Virus record (IMG/VR): IMGVR_UViG_3300001594_000003
Coordinates: 1-64,000 of that record
From: a virus
Taxonomy: Duplodnaviria > Caudoviricetes
DNA: 64,000 bases
Reading direction: 5' to 3' (one strand)
How positions within the stretch are numbered: position 1 is the stretch's first letter; the number at the start of each line of letters is the position of its first letter. Positions 1 to 8,550 of this stretch are shown in pieces. Position numbers and translations under genes: made by a program. The notes beneath the pieces were generated by a model. The model worked only from the letters and a program-made list of their open reading frames with translations. It was not told where the DNA came from and made no database searches.

Positions 1-720
1 CGTCAAGCCGTACTGCGCGCTCGCCGTGAAGGCAAGGACGAAAAGGTTGCTCTGAAGGAGTACATCAAGTGGCACAAGACCAAGGGCAAGCACGACGCTG
101 CCAAGTCTGCCACCGTCGAGCAGAAGAAGAAAATCCGCGACGCGCACAACAAGAAGCGCGAAGCTCTGGCTGCCAAGCGCAAGGGCCTGATGGCTGCGTA
201 CAAGAAAGTACGTGAGGGCAACAAAGCCCTGCCGGTGGAGAAGCGTAAGGCTGCAAACTCGAACGCTCGCACCAAGTTCAAGGCCGCTCTCGCCAAGCTG
301 GGCGATCAGCGTAAGAAGCTGACCGAAGGCAAGAAGAAGAAGCTGGAAGGTATCAAGGCCAAACTGGCCAAGAAAGCTCCGGGCCGCGGTCCGCATCAGC
401 GTCCTGCCAAGCCGAAGAACACTGTGATCGTTCCGACCGCAGCTGAGAAGAAGCCTCGTAAGCCGCGTACTCCGAAAGCAGCCGCCGCTCCTGCCGCTCC
501 TGCCAAGAAGCCGCGCGCTCGGAAGGCCGCTACCAACGAGGCTCCTACTCCGGTAGAGAAGAAGACTCGTAAGCCGCGTACTCCGAAGACCGTAGCTCCG
601 GCTGGCGGTGCAGCTTCCGGTGCTAAGCCGGCCCGTAAAGCTCGTGCTACCAAGCCCGCAGCTGCACCGGCCAAGAAGCCCGCTGCCAAGCCAGGCGCCA
701 AGAAAATCCCGCGCGGTTAA
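1..720 (+). CDS. Lys/Ala/Pro-rich histone H1-like DNA-binding protein (5' truncated by the window edge)
   Basis: Frame is open from base 1 through the listed ATG at 190. Very basic, with PAKKP/KPAA and RKPRTPK motifs like H1 tails or AlgP/Hc2. Confidence 0.7.
   Translation, partial: RQAVLRARREGKDEKVALKEYIKWHKTKGKHDAAKSATVEQKKKIRDAHNKKREALAAKRKGLMAAYKKVREGNKALPVEKRKAANSNARTKFKAALAKLGDQRKKLTEGKKKKLEGIKAKLAKKAPGRGPHQRPAKPKNTVIVPTAAEKKPRKPRTPKAAAAPAAPAKKPRARKAATNEAPTPVEKKTRKPRTPKTVAPAGGAASGAKPARKARATKPAAAPAKKPAAKPGAKKIPRG
445..587 (+). repeat. 32-bp direct repeat (445-476 and 556-587, 1 mismatch) encoding EKK(P/T)RKPRTPK
   Basis: gagaagaag(c/a)ctcgtaagccgcgtactccgaa occurs twice. Confidence 0.9.
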
Positions 721-741
721 TCCGTAGTCGGGTGCTCTAAG

Positions 742-779
742 AAAGGCTCACATCTTTAATCGGGTGTGAGCCTTTTTTA
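742..779 (+). terminator. Rho-independent terminator
   Basis: aaaggctcaca...tgtgagccttt stem followed by a T run. Confidence 0.85.
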
Positions 780-813
780 TTGCTTCCAGCCAACGTTGTT
801 TTGTCCAAAATCG

Positions 814-821
814 CTAATTTA
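814..821 (+). promoter_or_regulatory. Candidate late-promoter motif CTAATTTA
   Basis: Intergenic, after a terminator and about 30 nt before the ATG at 853. The motif recurs before other structural operons. Confidence 0.5.
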
Positions 822-852
822 TAGTCACGACATATCTTGGCTGAGCATCCCG

Positions 853-1854
853 ATGCAATTACAACCAAAATCGATTGATACTAGCCAGAACGTGATTGAT
901 ATACGTAAGGCGCGTAACGCTAACGAATTGATCACCGTAATTGGCCGAATCAACACCGCACTACGCCTTCGACAGTCTCAGTATAAGACCGAGCCGAAGA
1001 AAGTAGATTTCGGACCTTTGAACAAGCTGTACGATACACTGGCATGGGTTCTTCAAGCTCAAGCCGAACTGCAATGCGCCGCATTCTCGGCTCAGCACCT
1101 TAATGACGTTAAGCGCGATCGGTGTCTTGCCCCAATTGCACGCCTGAACGACGACATTTTGGTATTGAAGCGCAGCTTGATTTCTCGAATCAATGCCGCG
1201 TCTAAGCCCATGGTCAGTGCCAAGTTACACAACTACGCTGACGTGGTACACGACTTCCTTCGTCCGATCTGCGATAAGCTGTACTCGGTTAATATGTTCC
1301 ACGACAACGTTACCTACGTCGCTTTCATAGCGCGTAACGTGACGGCTACAGATGGTTTCATATCGCCAGAGGTCTGCATAAAGCTATCGGAGACAGGCGG
1401 TGTGTTTCGTGTGAGCCTGCCTTACAGTCCGTTCGTTGATACTGACAGTGTTCCGTTCTCAACGTTGAAAGACCTCAACTACTTCCTGACTGGTGCACTT
1501 AACGTGCGGAAGTCTCCCGCGCCTAAAGCGAAGGAAGAAAAACTGCTTCGTATAGAAGGCGTAACTCGGATTGAGGTGACGGACACCTTGAATCTTCATT
1601 TGGATTCGGCAGTACGTCCCACCGATATCAACAGCATCTTGCGTACCGTAATACCCCTAATAAAGCGCACGTTTGAACGTGGGCAATTCGAGGTGTTGCA
1701 CCGTTTCAACAATACGCAAGATGGCAAGTGCCTTCAGTTCTGTGTCGGCAATCGAAAGGTTGTTGACCCCCGTTCTCTGACTCGTTTGACTCGGATACTG
1801 GGTATGAACAAAAACCAGATAAACCAGATGAACGATTTATTGGAGACAACATGA
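853..1854 (+). CDS. Hypothetical (probable virion) protein
   Basis: ORF. The listed start at 766 lies inside the terminator, so the ATG at 853 is preferred. Confidence 0.7.
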   Translation: MQLQPKSIDTSQNVIDIRKARNANELITVIGRINTALRLRQSQYKTEPKKVDFGPLNKLYDTLAWVLQAQAELQCAAFSAQHLNDVKRDRCLAPIARLNDDILVLKRSLISRINAASKPMVSAKLHNYADVVHDFLRPICDKLYSVNMFHDNVTYVAFIARNVTATDGFISPEVCIKLSETGGVFRVSLPYSPFVDTDSVPFSTLKDLNYFLTGALNVRKSPAPKAKEEKLLRIEGVTRIEVTDTLNLHLDSAVRPTDINSILRTVIPLIKRTFERGQFEVLHRFNNTQDGKCLQFCVGNRKVVDPRSLTRLTRILGMNKNQINQMNDLLETT

Positions 1855-2897
1855 ACCACCTAGATAAGATGAGTGACGAAGAACTGGTGAAGTACGCCAA
1901 TAAGCGTATGCCCGTCTATCGTCGCTTAATGTCTCGCGCCAAGTCGTTCCTTGTAGGTCTGCTTGGTCGCGGCGTTATGCGGGCCACCGCTGGGGATTAC
2001 ACAATCGACGTTGGTGGTGACGGTGAAGTACGTGGTGCAGGTAAGATTCGTCTGTCGAACTTCAAAGCACCTTCGTTCACCAAGTTGAAACAGCACGTCA
2101 CTGCCCTTCAAGAAAGTGACGCACTGGACGAACTGACCTACATTGTCAATCGTCTGAACAGCAGCGAAAGCAAGGCAATGAAGGCAGAAGCCAAGCGCAT
2201 GTACCCGATGCTGCAGGCAATGATGGAAGCCTTCAACACCAGCATGGAAGCACTTGAGCGTATCGCCGACAAGCACGTTCCTGTCGAAGTGGCCAACGTA
2301 TTCCAAGATGCCGCCAAGATCACCAACGCGATTATGGCAGCGTATGCGGAAGAAGAAAACGTTGATCTTCTGGCAAACGTGCTGGTAGGAAGTAACGAGG
2401 ATCGCATCGACTTCGTGCAATACTTCGACGTTACCGAGTACACCGAGAACCGCCTGTTTGTCATCGTGACGTGCTCGCTCACCGCTGTCGGTAATGAGTA
2501 TGTTATGTCTCGCCACGTTACAGTTCAGGATCGCTTCCAAGCTCCGTTCTCGTATGACGTAGGTGAAGCAACAACCGATATCACCAAGTCGGTTAAGACG
2601 GCTCTGGCAACTCACGGTGTGATCGCAGCCATCGGCGCCCTCACTCTCAAGATCGACGAGACTCGCATCAAACGTGCGCTGGCCAAATTGGACTTCGTTA
2701 AGAGCGTCGAGTTTGCACCGAAGGCAATCAGCGTTTATGTAAAGGGCAATAAGAAGACCTTCGACCAAGAGAAGGAAATCTTTGCCGTACTGAGTGCAGA
2801 CACCGACATTCGTCGTATGCTCGGTCGCTCTAAGCGGCTGATTAGCAAGTTCACCGAAGACAAGTTCTGGCAGTTCACCGTTAACTCGCAGGGCTGA
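1851..2897 (+). CDS. Hypothetical (probable virion) protein
   Basis: GGAG RBS, ATGA overlap, strong codon bias. Confidence 0.8.
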   Translation: MNHLDKMSDEELVKYANKRMPVYRRLMSRAKSFLVGLLGRGVMRATAGDYTIDVGGDGEVRGAGKIRLSNFKAPSFTKLKQHVTALQESDALDELTYIVNRLNSSESKAMKAEAKRMYPMLQAMMEAFNTSMEALERIADKHVPVEVANVFQDAAKITNAIMAAYAEEENVDLLANVLVGSNEDRIDFVQYFDVTEYTENRLFVIVTCSLTAVGNEYVMSRHVTVQDRFQAPFSYDVGEATTDITKSVKTALATHGVIAAIGALTLKIDETRIKRALAKLDFVKSVEFAPKAISVYVKGNKKTFDQEKEIFAVLSADTDIRRMLGRSKRLISKFTEDKFWQFTVNSQG

Positions 2898-2899
2898 TC

Positions 2900-3823
2900 A
2901 TGTACCAGTATATCCACGACCCGTTGAGCTTTCGACTCTCGACGTGGCCGTGGGGTGGGGCTTCGTACATTACGACGTTCAACTACCGCGTCCACAACAT
3001 CGAGTTCAAGCCTCTGCTTGACTACTTGAAGCAGGAGTTGGAAAAGAGTCCAACGCTGAAGGTACGCTACACCACGTTCTCGTTGGTTAACGTTTACAGC
3101 GGATTCACCGACATGGCTTACGGGCTTGGAGGTACTCCGCACAAGTCAATACGTCGAGGCCCTATCGTATTCACATTCGCAATGACTCGCCGAGATAGGA
3201 CTTCGTTCTTGCCTCGTCACGTCATTTGGAATACTGGTCACACATGCCTGTGGGGACCTACGTTGCAGTACGGTCACGACTACTTGACGATCAGTGTTCC
3301 TATCAGTATAGCCATGAAGTGCAGGTTGAACAACACCTTGCGCCGTCAGTTGGAGTGGCTATATAAGATAGTAGGCGGGTGGAGTAAGTCTTTCGCTATG
3401 CGCAGAGACAGTATCGAAACCCAAGACGCGAAGATGATTCACGACAAGGTGTACTACAAAACCATTCCGAAGGTCATGTGGAATTATCCTTGGGGTGACT
3501 GGAAATATGTCCGTGAGTTCTGGGATCGCGCACCCAACTTGCTAGACATTCAGGTTACCGATCTGTTTGTCGAATACTTCCTTCTGTATCTGACTCGGTA
3601 CTTCAAGAAGGTTAATGAACCTCTAGTCGTACCTGTCTTCGAGGAGATTGAGCAGTACGTCAGAAGCGGATTGCTTGACCTTGTACAGAAGCAAACAACA
3701 GACAAAGGTAATCTAGTCACCAAGTTTCTACCTAGTGACATTGCCTTGGCTCTAGCTGAACCTATGCCATCGATAAACATTGAGGCAGTGGTAGATGCTA
3801 TTTGTAACGGTAAACGCCAATGA
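2900..3823 (+). CDS. Hypothetical protein
   Basis: 307-aa ORF in an operon. Confidence 0.75.
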   Translation: MYQYIHDPLSFRLSTWPWGGASYITTFNYRVHNIEFKPLLDYLKQELEKSPTLKVRYTTFSLVNVYSGFTDMAYGLGGTPHKSIRRGPIVFTFAMTRRDRTSFLPRHVIWNTGHTCLWGPTLQYGHDYLTISVPISIAMKCRLNNTLRRQLEWLYKIVGGWSKSFAMRRDSIETQDAKMIHDKVYYKTIPKVMWNYPWGDWKYVREFWDRAPNLLDIQVTDLFVEYFLLYLTRYFKKVNEPLVVPVFEEIEQYVRSGLLDLVQKQTTDKGNLVTKFLPSDIALALAEPMPSINIEAVVDAICNGKRQ

Positions 3824-5040
3824 CAAGTACACACAAGTGCGTAGAAGGGTCCACAGTATCGATCATCGACGTGTTCCTTGACGAATATGATCAGCCTGTA
3901 ATACCCGCGAACACAACATCGGGACCTCGCGTTCGACTGTACGATACCGACAAAGCGATCATCGCCGAAGTCATCGCCACGGTTGATCAGCAAGAGCCCG
4001 GTGCGTGGCGTGCAGATATACCTGTTCCTAAGATGGACCTGAAGGACACCGTCGATCTTCGTTGTGTCTGGTTCATCAAGTCTGAGGATGGTGAGACTTT
4101 CCGTAGTACGCACGTATTACAGGTAGCACCGCAGTCCGAAGAACGTACCGGTGACGTTACCGTTATTCACGGTCGCGATATGCACATGACAGTCGTACTG
4201 CCATTTGCCTTTGATCCGGGTAAACCAAAGCGAGAGGCAGATACTCGACTCGGCCTGCCTGCTGCACCTGCAGAACCTGGTGATACAATGACGTTCAGTC
4301 TGTATCGAAACAACCAGATGCTGATGGAGCACTTGCCTTGGAATGACTCGTCCGTTACTATTGAGCGATTCAGCAACAAGACTGTAGTTCGTATCCCGAA
4401 CGCTATGGGTCCCGCTAAAATGGAACCCGGCTTGCTGCTCGTTGAGTACATGCGCAAGGATGCTTTCTCTTTCACGCAGTACACGTTCAAGGTATGGACA
4501 GTAACGCCGCAGGTTCTGGTTGCTGCCTCGCAGTTGGAAGCCTACATCAACAAGGCCCGCGTTCAAAACGTGATACCTGAATTGGACTACACGCAAGCAG
4601 ACCTCTTTGAGTATCTAGCCCGTGGTTTGAACCTGTTCAATTCGTTCCCTCCGCAGTTGACTGCCTTTACTGGCACCAACATGCAGGGATTGATCTTGGA
4701 TGCTTGGTTGCAGTGTAGTGCCTACTATGCACTCGCCGCACAACTGCAAGCTGAAGGTGCCCTTGCGTTCGACTTTAGCGGACAAAGCGTTTCGCTGAAC
4801 ATTGACCGTACACCTTCTATCGAATCTGCCTTGGGTCGAATCGAAACTGCCCTTGACAACCATGTCAAACCCGCTAAGAAGCTGCTTGCGAAAGCTGGCG
4901 TCAACTCGGGTGATGGTTCTCAGGGCGGTAGATTCATTGACGGTAGTTCTCAGATTGGCGCTCTGTCTGTCATCAACGCCCCGACGACGCGACTGCCTTG
5001 GTCTGGCCGTGGTCCTGCATGGACGCGCGGTCTTGTGTAA
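3820..5040 (+). CDS. Putative neck/head-tail adaptor protein
   Basis: C-terminal half (ELDYTQADL..GLNLFNSFPP..FDFSGQSVSLNIDRT) resembles large-myovirus connector proteins; beta-rich N-terminus. Confidence 0.45.
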   Translation: MTSTHKCVEGSTVSIIDVFLDEYDQPVIPANTTSGPRVRLYDTDKAIIAEVIATVDQQEPGAWRADIPVPKMDLKDTVDLRCVWFIKSEDGETFRSTHVLQVAPQSEERTGDVTVIHGRDMHMTVVLPFAFDPGKPKREADTRLGLPAAPAEPGDTMTFSLYRNNQMLMEHLPWNDSSVTIERFSNKTVVRIPNAMGPAKMEPGLLLVEYMRKDAFSFTQYTFKVWTVTPQVLVAASQLEAYINKARVQNVIPELDYTQADLFEYLARGLNLFNSFPPQLTAFTGTNMQGLILDAWLQCSAYYALAAQLQAEGALAFDFSGQSVSLNIDRTPSIESALGRIETALDNHVKPAKKLLAKAGVNSGDGSQGGRFIDGSSQIGALSVINAPTTRLPWSGRGPAWTRGLV

Positions 5041-5055
5041 TTTACGGAGTGTAAC

Positions 5056-5493
5056 ATGAAACTCACCGAAAACTTCGCTCTGCTAGAGTTTGAGCGTTCC
5101 GATACTGCGCGTCAGCACAATATCGACAACAAGGTGCCCGAAACTGTTCTGCCAAACGTGCGGAAGCTGGCAGAGTTCCTTCAGGAACTACGCGATAAGC
5201 TAGGCACACGCATTACCATCTCCTCCGGCTATCGCAGTATGCCGCTCAACCGACTCGTCGGTGGTGCTGGAATATCGCAGCACACTCAAGGGCTTGCTGC
5301 TGATATTCACGCCAAAGGCTTTACAGCTGAGGAACTGTTCCAGAAGATCATCGAGCTGGACCTTGATTACGATCAGGTAATTCAAGAGTTTGGTCGTTGG
5401 GTACACGTCAGCGTTTCGCTGGATAAACCGCGCAAGCAGAAGATTCGCGCAACGAAAAACTCGGCTGGTAAAACAGTCTACACCACAGTGTAA
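5056..5493 (+). CDS. Peptidase M15 family endolysin
   Basis: SSGYRS..LN..VGGA..SQH..G.AADI and WVHVS Zn-peptidase motifs. Confidence 0.9.
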   Translation: MKLTENFALLEFERSDTARQHNIDNKVPETVLPNVRKLAEFLQELRDKLGTRITISSGYRSMPLNRLVGGAGISQHTQGLAADIHAKGFTAEELFQKIIELDLDYDQVIQEFGRWVHVSVSLDKPRKQKIRATKNSAGKTVYTTV

Positions 5494-5505
5494 CGGAGAC
5501 AATCA

Positions 5506-6354
5506 ATGTCCACTTTTCAACACACTCGCAACTCTGTGACCGCGGCTATCCAGAATCTGGCCAGTCAAGGTCCCGTACTTCATCTACAGCGCGTTACTCC
5601 TATCGGTAGCAACTTCGCTCGCGTTCTCGGCACCATCAGCGCGAAAGCAACTCCTGAGCAGATCGCCGGTGCTATTCGCAAGCTGAGCAACAAGCTGACT
5701 CCGATCGCAGGCTCGTTCCAAGCTGTAGCCAGTAACGGTGTTACCAAGTCCATCGAAGGTATCGTCGGCGTCATCGAAGAACGCATCGTTCTGAGTGACA
5801 ACAACCGTGAGCAGTTCAGCGCCATTGCTTCCAATATGTACATGGACGAAGAAGAACGTCTGTGGAGCCTGAAGAAGACCGAAGCCGGCGACATTCTGAT
5901 CAAGTCGCACGCTGGCGACGACCTGGAAGTTATGAACAACCTGATGGCCTGCGTCGCTTCGTCCGATGTTGGTTACCAAGAGTCGATTCCGGCAAGCAAC
6001 GATCTGGCGGGTCAGCGTGCCACTGTCGAAGGCGGTGATCTGATCACTTACGTCAGTCCTGTCGCCGGTCGCACCGTTCTGGGCTTCGCAGTCGCTTCCG
6101 CCATCAACGAAGACGGCAGCGAAGCTGGTCTGGTTGTAGTAGACCGTGAAGACCGAGTCGAGCAAATCGACCGCAACCTCGTTATCGCTTCGTTCCAGGA
6201 CGTAGAGATCGATGAGACCGAAGAATTGGTCGCGGTAGCTGCTGGCAATTTCAGCATGGAAATGATCAAAGACTACTACCGTCGGATGTTCATTCGTCGC
6301 CCGGAATACTTCGAGAAGTTCTGGTCGCGTTACAGCAGCCACGCATTCTTCTGA
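5506..6354 (+). CDS. Putative head/virion structural protein
   Basis: GGAG RBS, high-expression codon bias, followed by a terminator; many AVAS/AIAS/AVAA motifs. Confidence 0.55.
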   Translation: MSTFQHTRNSVTAAIQNLASQGPVLHLQRVTPIGSNFARVLGTISAKATPEQIAGAIRKLSNKLTPIAGSFQAVASNGVTKSIEGIVGVIEERIVLSDNNREQFSAIASNMYMDEEERLWSLKKTEAGDILIKSHAGDDLEVMNNLMACVASSDVGYQESIPASNDLAGQRATVEGGDLITYVSPVAGRTVLGFAVASAINEDGSEAGLVVVDREDRVEQIDRNLVIASFQDVEIDETEELVAVAAGNFSMEMIKDYYRRMFIRRPEYFEKFWSRYSSHAFF

Positions 6355-6363
6355 TCGCAACTA

Positions 6364-6391
6364 GAAGGGGTGCCTGCGGGTGCCCCTTTTT
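6364..6391 (+). terminator. Rho-independent terminator
   Basis: ggggtgcc-tgcg-ggtgcccc stem-loop (with G-U pairs) followed by ttttt. Confidence 0.75.
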
Positions 6392-6403
6392 GGATTGAAC
6401 GCC

Positions 6404-7153
6404 ATGAAAGCCAAAAGAAATGGAACGATCGATGTTAGTGGTGACGTAGACGATCGCGGTCGCCTCGTCAACAAAGACATTCCAGACGACGCACGACGCT
6501 CTGCCAAGAAAGGCAAGAAACGCAAGGATGTACGCAAGGAGCGCGTAACCGAGTTGATCGTTGCCGAAGAGGAAGGCAAGAAGCGTAAGAAGCGTAGGGT
6601 AGTTGAAGAAGAACCTGTCGTAGTCAAGAAGCGTAAGAAGACCAAGGAACTCAAACCTGCGTCCGATAAGGCTCTTGCTAAACTGGAACGACGTAAGGAA
6701 AAGGCACTCGCTGAGATTGAATATCTGCCCGCTGCACAACCAGGCGATGAGTTCGATCACCAGTATCGCGGTATGTTCGACAACTTGAAAGTCATCTGCG
6801 CCCTCTTTGAGGAGAAGATGATGGATAGTCCGAATAGCCGTGATGTGTATGCGTTGAGTACCCTGTACTCTCAAATGCGCGAAGTCATTGCGGATATCCG
6901 TAGTGCGAAGGACGTAAGTTCGCAGATTGCAGAACTGGAAGCCAAGGCCTATGGCTCGTTCTTGAAACTTGTTGGTCAGACCTACGTGGACCTGTTCTTC
7001 AAGTTGCAGAAGGACATACGCATGTACGTCAAGGACCTTGACGCTCAGGCTCAGCTACTTGCTTCCCTTCAAGGCGCATGTAAAGATCAAGGTGACAAGG
7101 TTCAAGCCGGTTACGCTTCTATGCTAGACAGGGTACGCACGGTGCTTATGTGA
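6404..7153 (+). CDS. Hypothetical protein with a Lys/Arg-rich N-terminus and helical C-terminus
   Basis: ATG at 6404 is preferred because the listed start overlaps the terminator. Confidence 0.7.
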   Translation: MKAKRNGTIDVSGDVDDRGRLVNKDIPDDARRSAKKGKKRKDVRKERVTELIVAEEEGKKRKKRRVVEEEPVVVKKRKKTKELKPASDKALAKLERRKEKALAEIEYLPAAQPGDEFDHQYRGMFDNLKVICALFEEKMMDSPNSRDVYALSTLYSQMREVIADIRSAKDVSSQIAELEAKAYGSFLKLVGQTYVDLFFKLQKDIRMYVKDLDAQAQLLASLQGACKDQGDKVQAGYASMLDRVRTVLM

Positions 7154-7527
7154 TGAAACGACCTAAGGTGCACAAGTCCAAAGCTCGAATCGTCACTGGG
7201 CCGAAGAAAGCTGGCACCGTGTCGAAAGTTAGACGATCAAAAGAACAGGCGTACGGTGACCGCTGGACATGGGTCACCATGTGCGCAGAAGTAAAACGCC
7301 GCGCTGGGTATCGCTGTCAGAAGTGCCGTCGGCCTGAATCGGAATACGGCCTTCAAGTAGATCACATCGTAGAGGTGGCGAGAGGCGGAGCTACTGCTTT
7401 CTACAATCTGCGTGCGTTGTGTCCATTCTGTCACGCCAAGCGCCCGAGCCATAAAGCCGCTAAGAAACTCATCCTCCATGAAGCTAACAATCGTGAAAAA
7501 CGTCGAGTTTCCAAAGGACATTCCTGA
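7150..7527 (+). CDS. Small HNH endonuclease (HK97 gp74-like type)
   Basis: CQKC..VDHIVEVARGG..NLRALCPFCHAKR. Confidence 0.85.
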   Translation: MMKRPKVHKSKARIVTGPKKAGTVSKVRRSKEQAYGDRWTWVTMCAEVKRRAGYRCQKCRRPESEYGLQVDHIVEVARGGATAFYNLRALCPFCHAKRPSHKAAKKLILHEANNREKRRVSKGHS

Positions 7528-8161
7528 AGAATACGTGCAGGTATGGGATGCGTTCCTGAAGATGCGTGCCGTCGGTCAGCTTCGTGTGATGGAGAAGTCC
7601 GAACGGGCCATACCAGAATGCTTCCGTATTCTGCTCAGTCAGGCTGGTGCAAAGTTTCCCTTGCAGAATACTGTAAAAGACTTTGTTGACTTGAAACAAC
7701 CAACTAACCGCCTAAGACGGTTCCTCTTGCGTGGTGGTGTGCTTGATCACATGCGGGTCGGCACTCACAAGCAGACGATGAGCTTGACTAAGGCAGAACC
7801 GTGTTGCGCTGCGTACAATCCCACTTTTGTGGGTACGGTCGTTTTACGGCCACAGCGTTTTGACTTGGATTACCTGATTGGTCGAATGCAGGGCTTGGTG
7901 TACAAGACTCTGCCGATTCAGTTGAGCTCCAAGTTACCTAATGGAGACGCTCGGAAGTTTCGCAAGGTTAACTCCCTTCGTAGCATGGACTTTGTTCCTA
8001 TATACGAAGACAAGGAACTTACGATACAGATGGCGCGTGCCGATAAGGAACTCGTGATTCGTTACGAGATAAAACTAGGGGTCATTGTGCCTCTTTATCA
8101 GCGGGTAGACGCTGCTCTAAAGGGTCTTTGGCAAAAATCGATCATGGGAGTGTTTGTATGA
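7478..8161 (+). CDS. Hypothetical protein
   Basis: ATG at 7478 (MKLTIVKN), overlapping the end of the HNH gene. Confidence 0.65.
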   Translation: MKLTIVKNVEFPKDIPEEYVQVWDAFLKMRAVGQLRVMEKSERAIPECFRILLSQAGAKFPLQNTVKDFVDLKQPTNRLRRFLLRGGVLDHMRVGTHKQTMSLTKAEPCCAAYNPTFVGTVVLRPQRFDLDYLIGRMQGLVYKTLPIQLSSKLPNGDARKFRKVNSLRSMDFVPIYEDKELTIQMARADKELVIRYEIKLGVIVPLYQRVDAALKGLWQKSIMGVFV

Positions 8162-8538
8162 GCAGCGATCTTGAAAAGGTCCAAATGAAGCTGCGTGAAA
8201 TTGCCCTCGCCGAGACTGGTCCGGATGCTATCCGTATCATCGATAAGCTGAGCAAAGAGGTAGAGAGTCTCAAAACCGAGTTAATGTATGAGCGTCTGGA
8301 AACTCCGAACACTCCTACTGATGCCCAGATTGCTGACTTCAAGGAGAAGTTTTACGACTCCCTGAAAGAGGAACGTGCAACTGACCTCGCTATCTCGTAC
8401 AGTAAGTCCGAGCTTGCCTCCTACCGACCTGTCACTCGACTGGCTATAGTGCAAGTGCTCGTTACCATCGCTAAAGAGCAGAAGGTCAAGGTACCTGCCG
8501 TATGGCAGCGCTATCTCGACTCTCGCGGACATGACTGA
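8158..8538 (+). CDS. Hypothetical protein
   Basis: GGAG RBS and ATGA overlap at 8158. Confidence 0.7.
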   Translation: MSSDLEKVQMKLREIALAETGPDAIRIIDKLSKEVESLKTELMYERLETPNTPTDAQIADFKEKFYDSLKEERATDLAISYSKSELASYRPVTRLAIVQVLVTIAKEQKVKVPAVWQRYLDSRGHD

Positions 8539-8550
8539 GGATACGGAATC

